From positions 32,001 through 96,000 of the forward strand of contig JAYZAL010000066.1 of assembly GCA_036339735.1 (NCBI GenBank): 64,000 nucleotides of DNA. Direction: 5' to 3'. The DNA comes from Candidatus Poribacteria bacterium (lineage in GTDB: Bacteria; Poribacteria; WGA-4E; UBA9662). A program made the translations under genes and the position numbers. The notes under the pieces are model-generated. The model made no database searches, was not told the DNA's origin, and worked only from the letters and a program-made list of their open reading frames with translations. The stretch's first letter is position 1. Each line of letters opens with the position of its first letter. Positions 1 to 9,861 of the stretch are shown piece by piece.

Positions 1-1204
1 GGTCCTGACTATTAACCTTAAATTTGGGGTAATTATCAAATTGGAGATGCCGACCTTGCATCCCAACTTCTCCATTCATCGCTTTCAGGTTTATTATCTG
101 TGCATCGTAGATTTGAAATAGCATTTGGTCTATGTACGGTAACTGATTTCCTACCCCGTCTACTTTCCAGTAATATGGGTTCCTTTCAAACACTATTTGC
201 TGCGCAGGCGGAGCCACTTTTAAAATCCAAGGCCAAAGGCGCGGTATCTCCGGGTTTTGCCAATCTGCTCGGTCTTCAAACAGCTGATACCAGAAATCAA
301 ACGATCTTTTCTTGGCCAAATCGGTCAGTTTTTCTACCGACACAAAATCTGGATGAAACTGTTTCAAGTAATGGGCTGGATATTCGACCATCGGATAACT
401 ACGACCCGAAGCTAATGCTTTCAGAAACAAACCGTAGGGACTGACAAACTTGAAACGAACTATATGGTCGGCTACTTTTTCCACTATCATCGGCACACCA
501 TCTCTCTGGAATTCACGCGGGGTGGTGGGTGTTAGTTGTGGATTCTGAATCACGTGGTTATACCAAAACAGAATATCATCAACTGAGAACAGTCTACCGT
601 CCGACCAGTGCACCTCCTGCCTCAGCCAAAATGTATAGGTCCTCCCCTGGTCACTGACTTTCCACTTGACAGCCAAGTTGGGCAAAATTTGTTGGGCCAT
701 CGGTCCCCAGCGAACCAGTCCATCATAGGCTAGTCGAGCCCGAAAAATACCAACATCCGGTGCGCTGGTACCATATCTTTGCCATTGACCACCGTAAGGA
801 CCATTTTGATCAGGCGGATAGATCACCAGTGGATTAAGAGGTAACCGCTCGGCAACCGGAGGTAGCGAAAGTTGATCCAGCATTGGTGCTTGCCTAAAAT
901 GGCGATTTTGTTCCCATTCACCGACAGTATGAACACCATCTTTCATTTGCTCAAATTTGTCTTTGGTCAAGGGTTCGAAATCTGAGCTAGTCGGACTAGA
1001 CAGTGCAGAAGACTGTAGATTAGTATCAAGAATCTCAGAGAAAGAGTCTAGGTCTTGTTTTTGCCCCCAGTGGGCCAAATGCCAAGTGATTCGAGCTAAG
1101 AAAAAGACCATCAGGAAAAGAAAGGAAGAGATAACAAGCAAACGCCAGCCAATAGACTGGAAGGCGGCGGCAAATTTTCGGATGGAATCAGACAAGGAAC
1201 TCAC
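1..1204 (-). CDS. ABC transporter substrate-binding protein, family 5 (OppA/DppA-like); 3' end runs off the window; missing from the ORF track
   Basis: Manual translation of the minus strand from GTG at 1204 gives an N-terminal hydrophobic segment, then LPPVAERLPLNPLVI..GPYGGQW, ILPNLAVKWKVSDQGRTYTFWLRQEVHWSDG and FERNPYYWKVDGVGNQLPYID, all typical family-5 SBP motifs. Start codon uncertain. Confidence 0.88.
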   Translation of the reverse strand, partial: MSSLSDSIRKFAAAFQSIGWRLLVISSFLFLMVFFLARITWHLAHWGQKQDLDSFSEILDTNLQSSALSSPTSSDFEPLTKDKFEQMKDGVHTVGEWEQNRHFRQAPMLDQLSLPPVAERLPLNPLVIYPPDQNGPYGGQWQRYGTSAPDVGIFRARLAYDGLVRWGPMAQQILPNLAVKWKVSDQGRTYTFWLRQEVHWSDGRLFSVDDILFWYNHVIQNPQLTPTTPREFQRDGVPMIVEKVADHIVRFKFVSPYGLFLKALASGRSYPMVEYPAHYLKQFHPDFVSVEKLTDLAKKRSFDFWYQLFEDRADWQNPEIPRLWPWILKVAPPAQQIVFERNPYYWKVDGVGNQLPYIDQMLFQIYDAQIINLKAMNGEVGMQGRHLQFDNYPKFKVNSQD

Positions 1205-1356
1205 TCATTAGAACAGGAGTAGAGGGGCAAAATACAGCGATCAAATAAGCAGATCGGTCAACCTTCATGTCCAGTATAACACTCTGTTCAAAGAACAACA
1301 ATGAGAAAGAACAATTTTTAAAAGGAGTTCATGATTAGTCAAGTTTAGCCTGAGTA

Positions 1357-1385
1357 TTGACTTTGTTAATAATTTTTGCTATTTT
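1357..1385 (+). promoter_or_regulatory. Putative sigma70 promoter for the cyclophilin pair
   Basis: TTGACT-N17-TATTTT with an extended -10 TG, upstream of an AGGAG RBS and ATG 1429. Confidence 0.45.
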
Positions 1386-1428
1386 AAGCTTTGTTCGTGA
1401 CGTGAATTCTAAGGAGAGACTAAATCTG

Positions 1429-1995
1429 ATGGAAAAATATATCCGGTGCTTGATGACGGTAGCACTAATTACCTCGGTTCTGAGCGGTTGCCTTATATTT
1501 CCCGGAGGTGGCCGCAGTAGAGAGAAGGTTGTTGTGTTGGAAACTAACAAAGGACTCATCATAGTGGAGCTTTACCCTCAAGCAGCCCCTAAAACAGTTG
1601 ATAACTTTAAAACCCTTATACAACAAGGGTTCTATGATGGTCTGAGTTTTCATCGTTATGTAGAAGGTTTTGTAATTCAAGGTGGTTGTCCACGGGGAGA
1701 CGGTACTGGAGACCCTGGCTGGTCAATTGAAGGTGAATTTCAAGATCCTGCACTACAAGCCAAGATGCCGCCGCATATCCAAGGTGTAGTATCGATGGCT
1801 CGTAGTAATGATCCGGATTCTGCGGGTAGCCAGTTTTACATCTGTTTGGACACTGCTAGCCACCTTGACGGAAATTACACATCTTTTGGCCGAGTAATTT
1901 CAGGGACTGATGTCGTGATGAAACTGAGAAAAGGGGACATCATGCATTCTGTCCGTTTGGAGGCTAAGAAAAATTATGTTGAGGATTCATCTTGA
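1429..1995 (+). CDS. Cyclophilin-type peptidyl-prolyl isomerase, lipoprotein
   Basis: FYDGLSFHR, FVIQGG, VSMAR, SAGSQFYI, HLDGNYTSFG. Lipobox LSGC. Start moved to ATG 1429 because of the AGGAG RBS. Confidence 0.93.
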   Translation: MEKYIRCLMTVALITSVLSGCLIFPGGGRSREKVVVLETNKGLIIVELYPQAAPKTVDNFKTLIQQGFYDGLSFHRYVEGFVIQGGCPRGDGTGDPGWSIEGEFQDPALQAKMPPHIQGVVSMARSNDPDSAGSQFYICLDTASHLDGNYTSFGRVISGTDVVMKLRKGDIMHSVRLEAKKNYVEDSS

Positions 1996-2563
1996 TTCGA
2001 CTCTAAAAACTATCGTTCTAATATGGTCATTCTTGGTTGCTTGTTTGTTGGGTTGTGACTCTCCGGATTCCACACCACCTAAGCCTAGACCAACCCCAAA
2101 GGGTATGGCCGGAAAAGTCAAAGAAAAATCTCAAATTGATCTTGGGAGTAGCATCGTTGTCTTGAAAACGGAGAAAGGAGACATTGAAATCGAGCTTTTT
2201 GCAAAGATCGCACCAAAAACTGTAGCCAACTTCGCTAGTAAAATTGGCGGTAAACTCTACGACAATACGAGCTTTCATCGTGTAGAAAAGGAGAGTCTAA
2301 TTCAGGCGAGCTCACGCTTTCAAGCTTTAGAGACAATACCACTTGAAATTAGTGATCGCAAACACGTAAGAGGTACAGTGGCGATGGCCAAAGAAGAAGG
2401 GGCTACTGTATCTGATGCCTCCGATTTTTATATTTGTCTAAGAGATTTTCCTGACTTAGATGGGAATTATACAGTCTTTGGTCAAGTGACTAAAGGTATG
2501 GCGGTAGCTGACCGAATCATAAAAGGGGATAAAATTACCACGACGACCATTCAAGCAAACTAA
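1976..2563 (+). CDS. Cyclophilin-type PPIase paralogue, lipoprotein, divergent active site
   Basis: LYDNTSFHRV, GTVAMAK, SDFYI, LDGNYTVFGQV. Lipobox LLGC. Overlaps the upstream gene by 20 nt. Confidence 0.88.
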   Translation: MLRIHLDSTLKTIVLIWSFLVACLLGCDSPDSTPPKPRPTPKGMAGKVKEKSQIDLGSSIVVLKTEKGDIEIELFAKIAPKTVANFASKIGGKLYDNTSFHRVEKESLIQASSRFQALETIPLEISDRKHVRGTVAMAKEEGATVSDASDFYICLRDFPDLDGNYTVFGQVTKGMAVADRIIKGDKITTTTIQAN

Positions 2564-2587
2564 AAGGATATATCTAAATCTCGTACC

Positions 2588-2630
2588 AAAAGCCACGATG
2601 TAGATGATTATTAAGCACATCGTGGCTTTT
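2588..2630. terminator. Intrinsic terminator-like hairpin (A/T tails on both sides)
   Basis: AAAAGCCACGATGT-N15-ACATCGTGGCTTTT perfect inverted repeat just after the second cyclophilin stop. Confidence 0.7.
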
Positions 2631-3074
2631 AGTGTCTATCTTGCAGATAGTATTACGTTGTGATATCATTCCGGCCGGATTCAATATGGTTGTTTTTTGT
2701 TTTCTACGTTTTTCATTTTCTTTGTGAGATTTTCGATCGAGTTAAATACCTTAATCAATCGTATATTTTTTCTCCTCGCCACTTTATTTGTACTAAACAG
2801 CGGGCCGTGATTGCGTTTTTACTTTGGGACTTGTTAAATATAATTCGGGCAGAAACTGTTTAATTATATAATAGATGTTTGTGCCTAGCGGAAGAGGTAA
2901 TAACCAATTTGGTTTCTAAACTTGTCGACGGAGTAAAAGCCTAGTTAACCTTGATGGTATTCGTGGGTTGAATAACTTGGTCAAGTTCGTGCTCGCTAAA
3001 CACTCCGAGTCTCGGCCTCATTTTCGATTGAATATTATATACCATCCAACTGTATTCCAATTTTATTTCAATAC

Positions 3075-3890
3075 GTGCGGTCGCAACAGATTGTGTTGAA
3101 TGATTTTTGGTTTAGGAAATCTTCTTTGATTACTAACCTGTCAATGCATCTGATTTGTATATTCGTATTCTTTCTCAATCCACCCATCATCTCTTCAGCT
3201 AAACAGATTAGCTTAAAAAGTCTAGCTAATGAAAGAACTCCCCATCTGGGAGGGAAATTGACATATTCCATTAAGCTGGCTGGTGTCAGAGCTGGGACAC
3301 AAACAATCACAATTGGGCAAGAAACCGAATGGAAAGGGAAAAAAGTGTATCCTCTAACTTCTGTTGAAACCTCAACGGGCCTAGTTGAGAGGTTTTACCG
3401 ATTTCGGGCTGATCGCTTGACCTATATCGACACCAACCATCTCGGTCCTATTTTTCATCGTCGCTCAATAGAAGATAGAAAATACCATGCTACTGTCGAA
3501 GTCTACTATGACTACCAAGATCAAACAGTTACTCATAATAAAAATGGAAAAATCACAAAAGCCGTTCTAATTGAAGGCTGCCAAGATGAGCTTTCATGGA
3601 TTTATTTCTTATGTCACCACCCTTTGGAAATAGGGGGCAGTTATGATTTTCCTTTATTAAGCAAGTCGAGTATACATAAGGCTACATTCAAAGTAACCAA
3701 AGAAACGATTAAATGCAGGTTATTGGGAAAAATTGGAACCTTAGTAATAACCTCGGAATCAACACGACGCAAAATATGGTTATCCGATGATAATCGCCGT
3801 ATACCGGTTCGGATCGAAGCCAAAGTTAAAGTTGGCCGTCTGGTGGCAACTTTACGTAAAATTGAACCATTAACTCAAAGAAATCAGTAA
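3075..3890 (+). CDS. DUF3108-like exported beta-rich protein
   Basis: Signal-like segment, GGKLTYSIKLAGVRAG, and C-terminal KIWLSDDNRRIPVRIEAKVKVGRLVATL. The true start may be downstream. Confidence 0.7.
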   Translation: MRSQQIVLNDFWFRKSSLITNLSMHLICIFVFFLNPPIISSAKQISLKSLANERTPHLGGKLTYSIKLAGVRAGTQTITIGQETEWKGKKVYPLTSVETSTGLVERFYRFRADRLTYIDTNHLGPIFHRRSIEDRKYHATVEVYYDYQDQTVTHNKNGKITKAVLIEGCQDELSWIYFLCHHPLEIGGSYDFPLLSKSSIHKATFKVTKETIKCRLLGKIGTLVITSESTRRKIWLSDDNRRIPVRIEAKVKVGRLVATLRKIEPLTQRNQ

Positions 3891-3893
3891 TTT

Positions 3894-6800
3894 ATGCGCA
3901 ATCTCGTTACTAACAGTCAACCGTATGTCAATTTTCTTGCTCATTTTGGATCGATTGATAGAAATCAGTTCTGGCTAAAAGGGTTACACGGGTCTTCCTT
4001 AAGTTTCTTCATTCAGGCCTTGGTCTCCGATCAGCCTAATAGTCCTCTTTTGGTAGTATTGCCGTCTCAAAAGGAAGCTGAAGAACTTATTTTCGACTTG
4101 GCATCTGTTTTAGTCGACAAACCGCTTTTATTTCCACAGTGGCCAAATTTCGTTTTTGATTGGATTTCACCTCCTAAGAAAGTTGTCACCGATCGCTTGC
4201 TGTGTCTCCAACAGTTACTGAAGTACTCAAGTGATTCTCCGCTAGTAGTAGTGACTTCCATTCATGCACTAACGCAGCAGATCACTCCCAAATCCTTACT
4301 AGCTCAATCATTTCGAAGGATCGTAAGAGGAGATGAAATCAAACCTCAACAAATAATCAGTAACCTTCTTGATTGGGGATATCGCCCGTCGGACATGGTC
4401 GAAATCAAGGGGACTTTTTCTTTCAGAGGTAATATTTTAGATCTATATCCACTAATAAGTCATTATCCCATCAGATTAGATTTCTTTGGAGATGAAATCG
4501 ATTCAATTCGTACCTTCGATATCAGCAACCAAAGATCAGTTGAAATGTTGGAATACGCCCAAATTAGCCCAGCTAGTGAAGTCATCTTCACTCCCGAAAT
4601 CGTCGATAATTGGCGTGATTATGCACAAAAGACCGAAGCTCTCCATTTTTCACCTCCATATTTGAATACTATAAAAGAAATAACTGAACGAATTGAAGGT
4701 TGGCAAAATTATGGTCAATCTTCAGAAGTACTGGATGGAATTGAGGCTATTCATTCAAAATTGTATACAAATACCAACTACTTGCACAGTTATTTACCTG
4801 CCGAATCTTCTGTTCTTTTAGTTGAACAAAATTGGTTAGCTCATGAAGCAAAGCAAACAATTGATAGGTTAAAAGAAGTCTTCCAGAAAAAACAGGAACA
4901 AGATAATTTTATGGTTGATCCGAATGAGGTGTTCAACACTTATCAAAAAACCCTGATTGAGCTAAAAGATTTTAATTTGATTCGTACAGCAACAACACCT
5001 CCAACCGATGGGTTAGCTGGTGAATTAGAAATTCTAAATTATAATTTTACACCTCTTGACCTTCACAAAGGGAACTATCAGGAAAATATCGACCGGTTAA
5101 GGAATTGGACCGAACAAGGTTTTCAAATTGACATTTATTGTGAAAATGAGCCCTCTATCAAACGAATGAAACGGATTTTGGACGATCGAGATTTGCCTTG
5201 GGCCGGGATTCAACTAGAAGTTGGCAGTCTGGGACGTGGATTTGTTAGTTTGGATCAAAAGTGGATCGTAATCTCTGACCATGAGCTTTTCGATCAACCA
5301 CGTAACCCCGTTCAGCGGCAACCGAAAAAATCTAAATCTCATGCTGGAGCTCCAATTCTTAGCATGATTGATTTACACGTTGGTGATTATGTTGTTCATG
5401 TGTCTCATGGCATAGGTCACTACCAAGGCATCCAAAGAATAGAAGTAGATGGTAAATATCAAGATTTTCTACATCTAAAATATAAAGATGGAGACACACT
5501 ATATGTTCCGACTTATCAGATTGATTTAGTCCAAAAATATATTGGTGGACGAGACGAAGACTATAAACCTCGAATCGATAGGCTTGGCGGAAAAGGTTGG
5601 CGACGTACGAAAGCTAAAGCTAAGGCTTCCATCGAGAAGATGGCCGAAGAATTATTGCAGTTGTATGCTGAGAGGGAAAGCTCATCGGGTTTTTCTTTTC
5701 CTGGTGATTCTCCTTGGCAACAAGAGTTTGAGGCTCTATTCCCTTACCAAGAGACCGAAGATCAACAATCAGCTATTGACGATGTAAAAGTTGATATGGA
5801 ACGTTCACAACCAATGGATCGCCTTATTTGTGGTGATGTTGGTTATGGGAAAACCGAAGTTGCTATGCGAGCTGCATTCAAATCTGCTGCTGCCGGTAAA
5901 CAAGTGGCAGTATTAGTTCCAACTACTGTTCTTTGTTTACAACACTTCACAACTTTCCAGAAAAGATTCCAGGATTTTCCGATCAACATCGAAATGTTGA
6001 GTCGATTGCGTACAGATAAACAAAGCAAAACAATAAAATCTAACTTAGAAAAAGGATCTATCGATATTATTGTCGGCACTCATAGTCTATTGGCTAAATC
6101 AATTAATTTTCATGATTTAGGTTTGTTAATTGTGGATGAAGAACATCGGTTTGGTGTAAAACACAAAGAGAAAATCAAACAATTAAAATCTACAGTTGAT
6201 GTTTTGACTCTGACTGCAACTCCTATTCCTCGGACACTAAATATGTCGATGGTGGGAATGCGTGATCTTAGCCTGATTAACACACCCCCTGAAAGTCGTT
6301 TGCCAATTGAAACTTATGTGATGGAGTATAACTCAGATATTATTAGAGACAGCATTCTTAAAGAAATTAGTAGAGGTGGACAGGTCTTTTTTGTACATAA
6401 TCGAGTTCAAAGTATTTTGAGTATCGCTGCAACAGTTAAAAAGTTAGTACCGCAGGCTAGGTGTGCTGTCGGTCACGGCCAGATGCCTGAAAGGCAGTTA
6501 GAACAGGTGATTTTGGATTTTATGGATCACCAATATGATGTGTTAATTTGTACAACGATTATAGAGTCTGGTATTGATATTCCTAATGTCAACACGATTC
6601 TTATTAATCGAGCTGATGCACTGGGGTTAGCTCAATTGTACCAGCTAAGGGGCCGTGTTGGTCGCGATAGATTTCAAGCATACGGTTACCTATTTTATTC
6701 TGTAGATCGGGCTATTACTGAAGGTGCTCAAAAGCGCCTTAGGGTAATCGAAGAGTTTACAGATCTAGGGTCCGGTTTCAAAATTGCTTTACGAGATTTG

Positions 6801-7373
6801 GAAATTCGTGGCGCTGGTGATATTCTCGGACAAGAACAGCATGGACATATTGCATCTGTTGGTTATGATCTATATTGCCGGATGCTAGATGATGCGGTAA
6901 AAAAACTAAAAGGTGAAAAAGTCTCTGAAGATCTGGAGACGAAAATTAACCTCCCCATAGAAGCTTATCTGCCGGATAATTATGTCCCCGATAGTCGTCA
7001 AAAGGTGTCGCTTTACAAGAAAATTGCTAGCGCAAAAAACGAAGCTGATTTCAGCGAATTAAAAACGGAAATGAAAGACCGGTTCGGTTCCGTACCTGAA
7101 CCTGTTGACATGTTATTGCAAATGTCATTTCTCAAATGGAAATGTCAGCAAATGGGCATTGACAAAATAACTTCAACGAGAGAAAATATAAGGATTTTAT
7201 TTAATCCTGACAGGATTGAATTTGATCCTTCGAATATTATTACGCTAATTAAGAAAGATCAACGACTAGGATTAGAGCCACCAGCACAATTGACGGTTAA
7301 CACAGAAGGTTTGACAGGAAAAAACTTGCTGGTTACCGTTCAATCTTTGTTGGACAAAATTAGGGGAATTTAG
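3894..7373 (+). CDS. mfd: Transcription-repair coupling factor
   Basis: UvrB-like N-terminus, RID domain (GDYVVHVSHGIG), MDRLICGDVGYGKTEVA, DEEHRFGV, TATPIPRT, QLRGRVGR, C-terminal TRCF domain. Confidence 0.98.
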   Translation: MRNLVTNSQPYVNFLAHFGSIDRNQFWLKGLHGSSLSFFIQALVSDQPNSPLLVVLPSQKEAEELIFDLASVLVDKPLLFPQWPNFVFDWISPPKKVVTDRLLCLQQLLKYSSDSPLVVVTSIHALTQQITPKSLLAQSFRRIVRGDEIKPQQIISNLLDWGYRPSDMVEIKGTFSFRGNILDLYPLISHYPIRLDFFGDEIDSIRTFDISNQRSVEMLEYAQISPASEVIFTPEIVDNWRDYAQKTEALHFSPPYLNTIKEITERIEGWQNYGQSSEVLDGIEAIHSKLYTNTNYLHSYLPAESSVLLVEQNWLAHEAKQTIDRLKEVFQKKQEQDNFMVDPNEVFNTYQKTLIELKDFNLIRTATTPPTDGLAGELEILNYNFTPLDLHKGNYQENIDRLRNWTEQGFQIDIYCENEPSIKRMKRILDDRDLPWAGIQLEVGSLGRGFVSLDQKWIVISDHELFDQPRNPVQRQPKKSKSHAGAPILSMIDLHVGDYVVHVSHGIGHYQGIQRIEVDGKYQDFLHLKYKDGDTLYVPTYQIDLVQKYIGGRDEDYKPRIDRLGGKGWRRTKAKAKASIEKMAEELLQLYAERESSSGFSFPGDSPWQQEFEALFPYQETEDQQSAIDDVKVDMERSQPMDRLICGDVGYGKTEVAMRAAFKSAAAGKQVAVLVPTTVLCLQHFTTFQKRFQDFPINIEMLSRLRTDKQSKTIKSNLEKGSIDIIVGTHSLLAKSINFHDLGLLIVDEEHRFGVKHKEKIKQLKSTVDVLTLTATPIPRTLNMSMVGMRDLSLINTPPESRLPIETYVMEYNSDIIRDSILKEISRGGQVFFVHNRVQSILSIAATVKKLVPQARCAVGHGQMPERQLEQVILDFMDHQYDVLICTTIIESGIDIPNVNTILINRADALGLAQLYQLRGRVGRDRFQAYGYLFYSVDRAITEGAQKRLRVIEEFTDLGSGFKIALRDLEIRGAGDILGQEQHGHIASVGYDLYCRMLDDAVKKLKGEKVSEDLETKINLPIEAYLPDNYVPDSRQKVSLYKKIASAKNEADFSELKTEMKDRFGSVPEPVDMLLQMSFLKWKCQQMGIDKITSTRENIRILFNPDRIEFDPSNIITLIKKDQRLGLEPPAQLTVNTEGLTGKNLLVTVQSLLDKIRGI

Positions 7374-7449
7374 GTGAAATAGTAAACCTACTGTGGTTGG
7401 AGCCTGAACTATCTTATTCTGTTCAATCTAGAATTAAAGGAGAAATTGT

Positions 7450-8784
7450 TTGAAATATAAAACTAAAATTGGTTTTAGCAATGGTAGCGAGTCTGTTTGT
7501 ACTGGCAACCAATCCACTATTAATTCTTATTCACTTTTTTTACTTTTTGCTGTCTTTTTGATTCAACCATTGGCTGAATCAAAAATCATACCGATTCAAT
7601 CTTTTTATCAAACTCAGACCGTTTCCATCCAGTCAGGAGATACTCTTTGGAAATTAGCCCAAAAATACTACGGACATGGCCAAAATTGGACACACTTTCA
7701 AAGAGATAATCGTTTCACTGATCCACACATGGTTTATCCTGGTGATCAACTGAATATTCGTCTTCATGCTCCAGCTGGAGTTGGAATAATGAATAGTGCT
7801 AGGGCCGCCGTATCAGTAGTTGCGTCTACAGCTGGATTTGTAGATCCGGTTGTTTTGGAGTACGAGTGGGAAAATAAAAAATACCAAATTACTAACTCCG
7901 AATTCGTGACTGCCTTCCAAGATTTGCCCAGTTATAAACAAGAGAACTATGTAAGTGATGAAGGCGGAATTACTACTTATTTGGAAGAGTATGTTGGCGA
8001 AAAACTAAAGCTTTTAGCAGCGAGATCAAACGGCTTTGATAAAGATGATGATATTATTCGAAAAGCCGAAGATTACCGAAACCAATTGCTGGTCGAGCGA
8101 TTAACTGAAGTCGAAGTCGATGAGAAAATTGCCTATTCAGAAAAAGAATTGGTTGAATACTATGAGGAGAATAAGACTGAGTACATCGAAGAAGAAACTG
8201 TTCGGGCAACATGTGTTTCTCTAACTGATGAAAAGAAAGCTGAGAAAGCATATGCTATGTATCAAGAGGGGATCGATTTGGCTGAAATAGCTGAAACCTT
8301 CAAGAATGACTTGCAAGGTCCTGGCGATAGTCAGAATGATCCTGGCAACACTGGGGAATTTCGTCGAGATGCTAGTGAGAACTGGATGCCTTTCGTTGAA
8401 GCTATGTTCGGAATGGAAGTAGGAGAAGAGTCTACTGAACAAATGGAACTTGATGTTGGTGATAATGTATTCTACCTACTGTTCCGGAAGGAATCACAAA
8501 CGCCCGCACGACAACAAACGTTCGAAGAGGTTCGCGACAGCATCGTTACGATAATCGAGCAGCAGAAAAAACGAGAACGAATTTTGGCTTGGGTAGAAGA
8601 CGTAACAGCCAAAGGAAAGCTAAAGTTTTACCCAGATAAAGTCCCCGTACCCGAGGTACCATCCGATGATGAAGAGTCATCTGAAGAGTCATCTGAAGAG
8701 TCATCTGAAGAATCATCTGAAGAATCATCTGAAGAGTCATCTGAAGAATCATCTGAAGAATCAAATGCCGAGGAGGAAAAGTAG
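7450..8784 (+). CDS. Exported LysM + parvulin/PpiC-like foldase with acidic EESS tail
   Basis: LysM (IQSGDTLWKLAQKYYG...DPHMVYPGDQLNI), then a PrsA/PpiC-like body paralogous to the next gene. TTG start uncertain. Confidence 0.75.
   Translation: MKYKTKIGFSNGSESVCTGNQSTINSYSLFLLFAVFLIQPLAESKIIPIQSFYQTQTVSIQSGDTLWKLAQKYYGHGQNWTHFQRDNRFTDPHMVYPGDQLNIRLHAPAGVGIMNSARAAVSVVASTAGFVDPVVLEYEWENKKYQITNSEFVTAFQDLPSYKQENYVSDEGGITTYLEEYVGEKLKLLAARSNGFDKDDDIIRKAEDYRNQLLVERLTEVEVDEKIAYSEKELVEYYEENKTEYIEEETVRATCVSLTDEKKAEKAYAMYQEGIDLAEIAETFKNDLQGPGDSQNDPGNTGEFRRDASENWMPFVEAMFGMEVGEESTEQMELDVGDNVFYLLFRKESQTPARQQTFEEVRDSIVTIIEQQKKRERILAWVEDVTAKGKLKFYPDKVPVPEVPSDDEESSEESSEESSEESSEESSEESSEESSEESNAEEEK
8671..8763 (+). 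repeat. 12-bp coding tandem repeat GAAGARTCATCT x7.75 (EESS)
   Basis: Seven full units plus GAAGAATCA, varying only at one synonymous G/A position. Confidence 0.97.
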
Positions 8785-8786
8785 TA

Positions 8787-9800
8787 ATGCAGTACTATCT
8801 AAATACGATATGCAAATTTGGTCAAAGTTGTTTCTTGATAATCCTTGCAGTAATGTTAGGTTGTAGTGGTAAAGCCAATGCAATCGATGGTACTGTGATT
8901 GCTGAATTTGAGTGGAAAGGAAAGCACCAAATCACATTGGAAGAAATGATGGAGGAAATCAGTGAGTTACCTGAATACAAGCAAAATCAGTATGCGAAAA
9001 GTAAGGAAGGCCTCGTTGAATATATGACACTGATGGCGGAAAGCCGACTGATTTTGCTTATGGCTAAGGAACAAGATTTAGACCAGAAGGGAGAAATTAA
9101 AAGAAAGGTTCAAGAGTATCTTCATGAATTGATGGTGGAACAAATCACGGATATTGAAGTGGAACAGAAGGTCAAACCAACTGACGACGACTTTCAAACC
9201 TACTACGAAGAAAATAAAAAAGACTATGTAAGCCCAGATCAGGTTAGGGTTACCTGTATCGCTGTTTCCGATCAAGAAACAGCTACCAAGGCTTTGACAG
9301 AAATCCACCAAGAAGGACGAGATATCACTGAAATTGCGAGGGAATTATCCGATAAAGGCCAACTGGAAGGTCCAGGATCAGACCCAAGTAATCCTGGTGA
9401 TACCGATTTCTTCTCACGTGAGAGTTTTTCGCAGGTAGTCAAACCATTTGTAGATAAAGCGTTTGAAATGGAAATTGGCGATATAAACGAAGAGCTAGTT
9501 GAAGTAGAAGTCCAAGGCTCCAAGTACTACATGATATTTCGTAAAGAAGAGTTTAAAAAAGAGCGACAGAAGCCCTATGAGGAAGTCAAAGACGATGTCG
9601 CTTACGAAGCTGAAGAGAAGTTACGGTCAGACTTAACAAAAGCTTGGCTAGGTAAGTTAAAAGACCAGGCTTCCGTTAAGATATTTGGAGACCGAATTGA
9701 GTTGCCAAAGACTGAGGAGACAGAAAAAATGGAATCTGCGGGTGAAGGTACAAGTGATGAAGTAGAGAACGTGCCTTCCAATGAACCAGCGAAGGAGTAG
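8787..9800 (+). CDS. Parvulin/PpiC-like foldase lipoprotein
   Basis: Lipobox MLGC, YYEENKKDY..PDQVRVTCI, PGDTDFF..PFVDKAFEMEIGDI, RQKPYEEVK. Confidence 0.78.
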   Translation: MQYYLNTICKFGQSCFLIILAVMLGCSGKANAIDGTVIAEFEWKGKHQITLEEMMEEISELPEYKQNQYAKSKEGLVEYMTLMAESRLILLMAKEQDLDQKGEIKRKVQEYLHELMVEQITDIEVEQKVKPTDDDFQTYYEENKKDYVSPDQVRVTCIAVSDQETATKALTEIHQEGRDITEIARELSDKGQLEGPGSDPSNPGDTDFFSRESFSQVVKPFVDKAFEMEIGDINEELVEVEVQGSKYYMIFRKEEFKKERQKPYEEVKDDVAYEAEEKLRSDLTKAWLGKLKDQASVKIFGDRIELPKTEETEKMESAGEGTSDEVENVPSNEPAKE

Positions 9801-9809
9801 CTAAAAACA

Positions 9810-9840
9810 TGTGGTTAGCCAGTGATTCTGGCTAGCCACA
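9810..9840. other. Intergenic stem-loop (mRNA stabiliser/attenuator or weak terminator)
   Basis: TGTGGTTAGCCAG-TGATT-CTGGCTAGCCACA (one G-U pair on the + transcript). No U-tract on the + strand. Confidence 0.5.
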
Positions 9841-9861
9841 CTAATAAAACCAAGATTAAAA

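Noticed and set aside
100-1211. Plus-strand ORFs 100..444 and 957..1211
   Set aside because: Antisense to the family-5 substrate-binding protein gene on the minus strand.
8546-8866. ORFs with ILQM/SHLK repeats, and possible CRISPR-like periodicity
   Set aside because: These are alternative-frame shadows of the 12-bp EESS repeat. There are no spacers and no cas genes.
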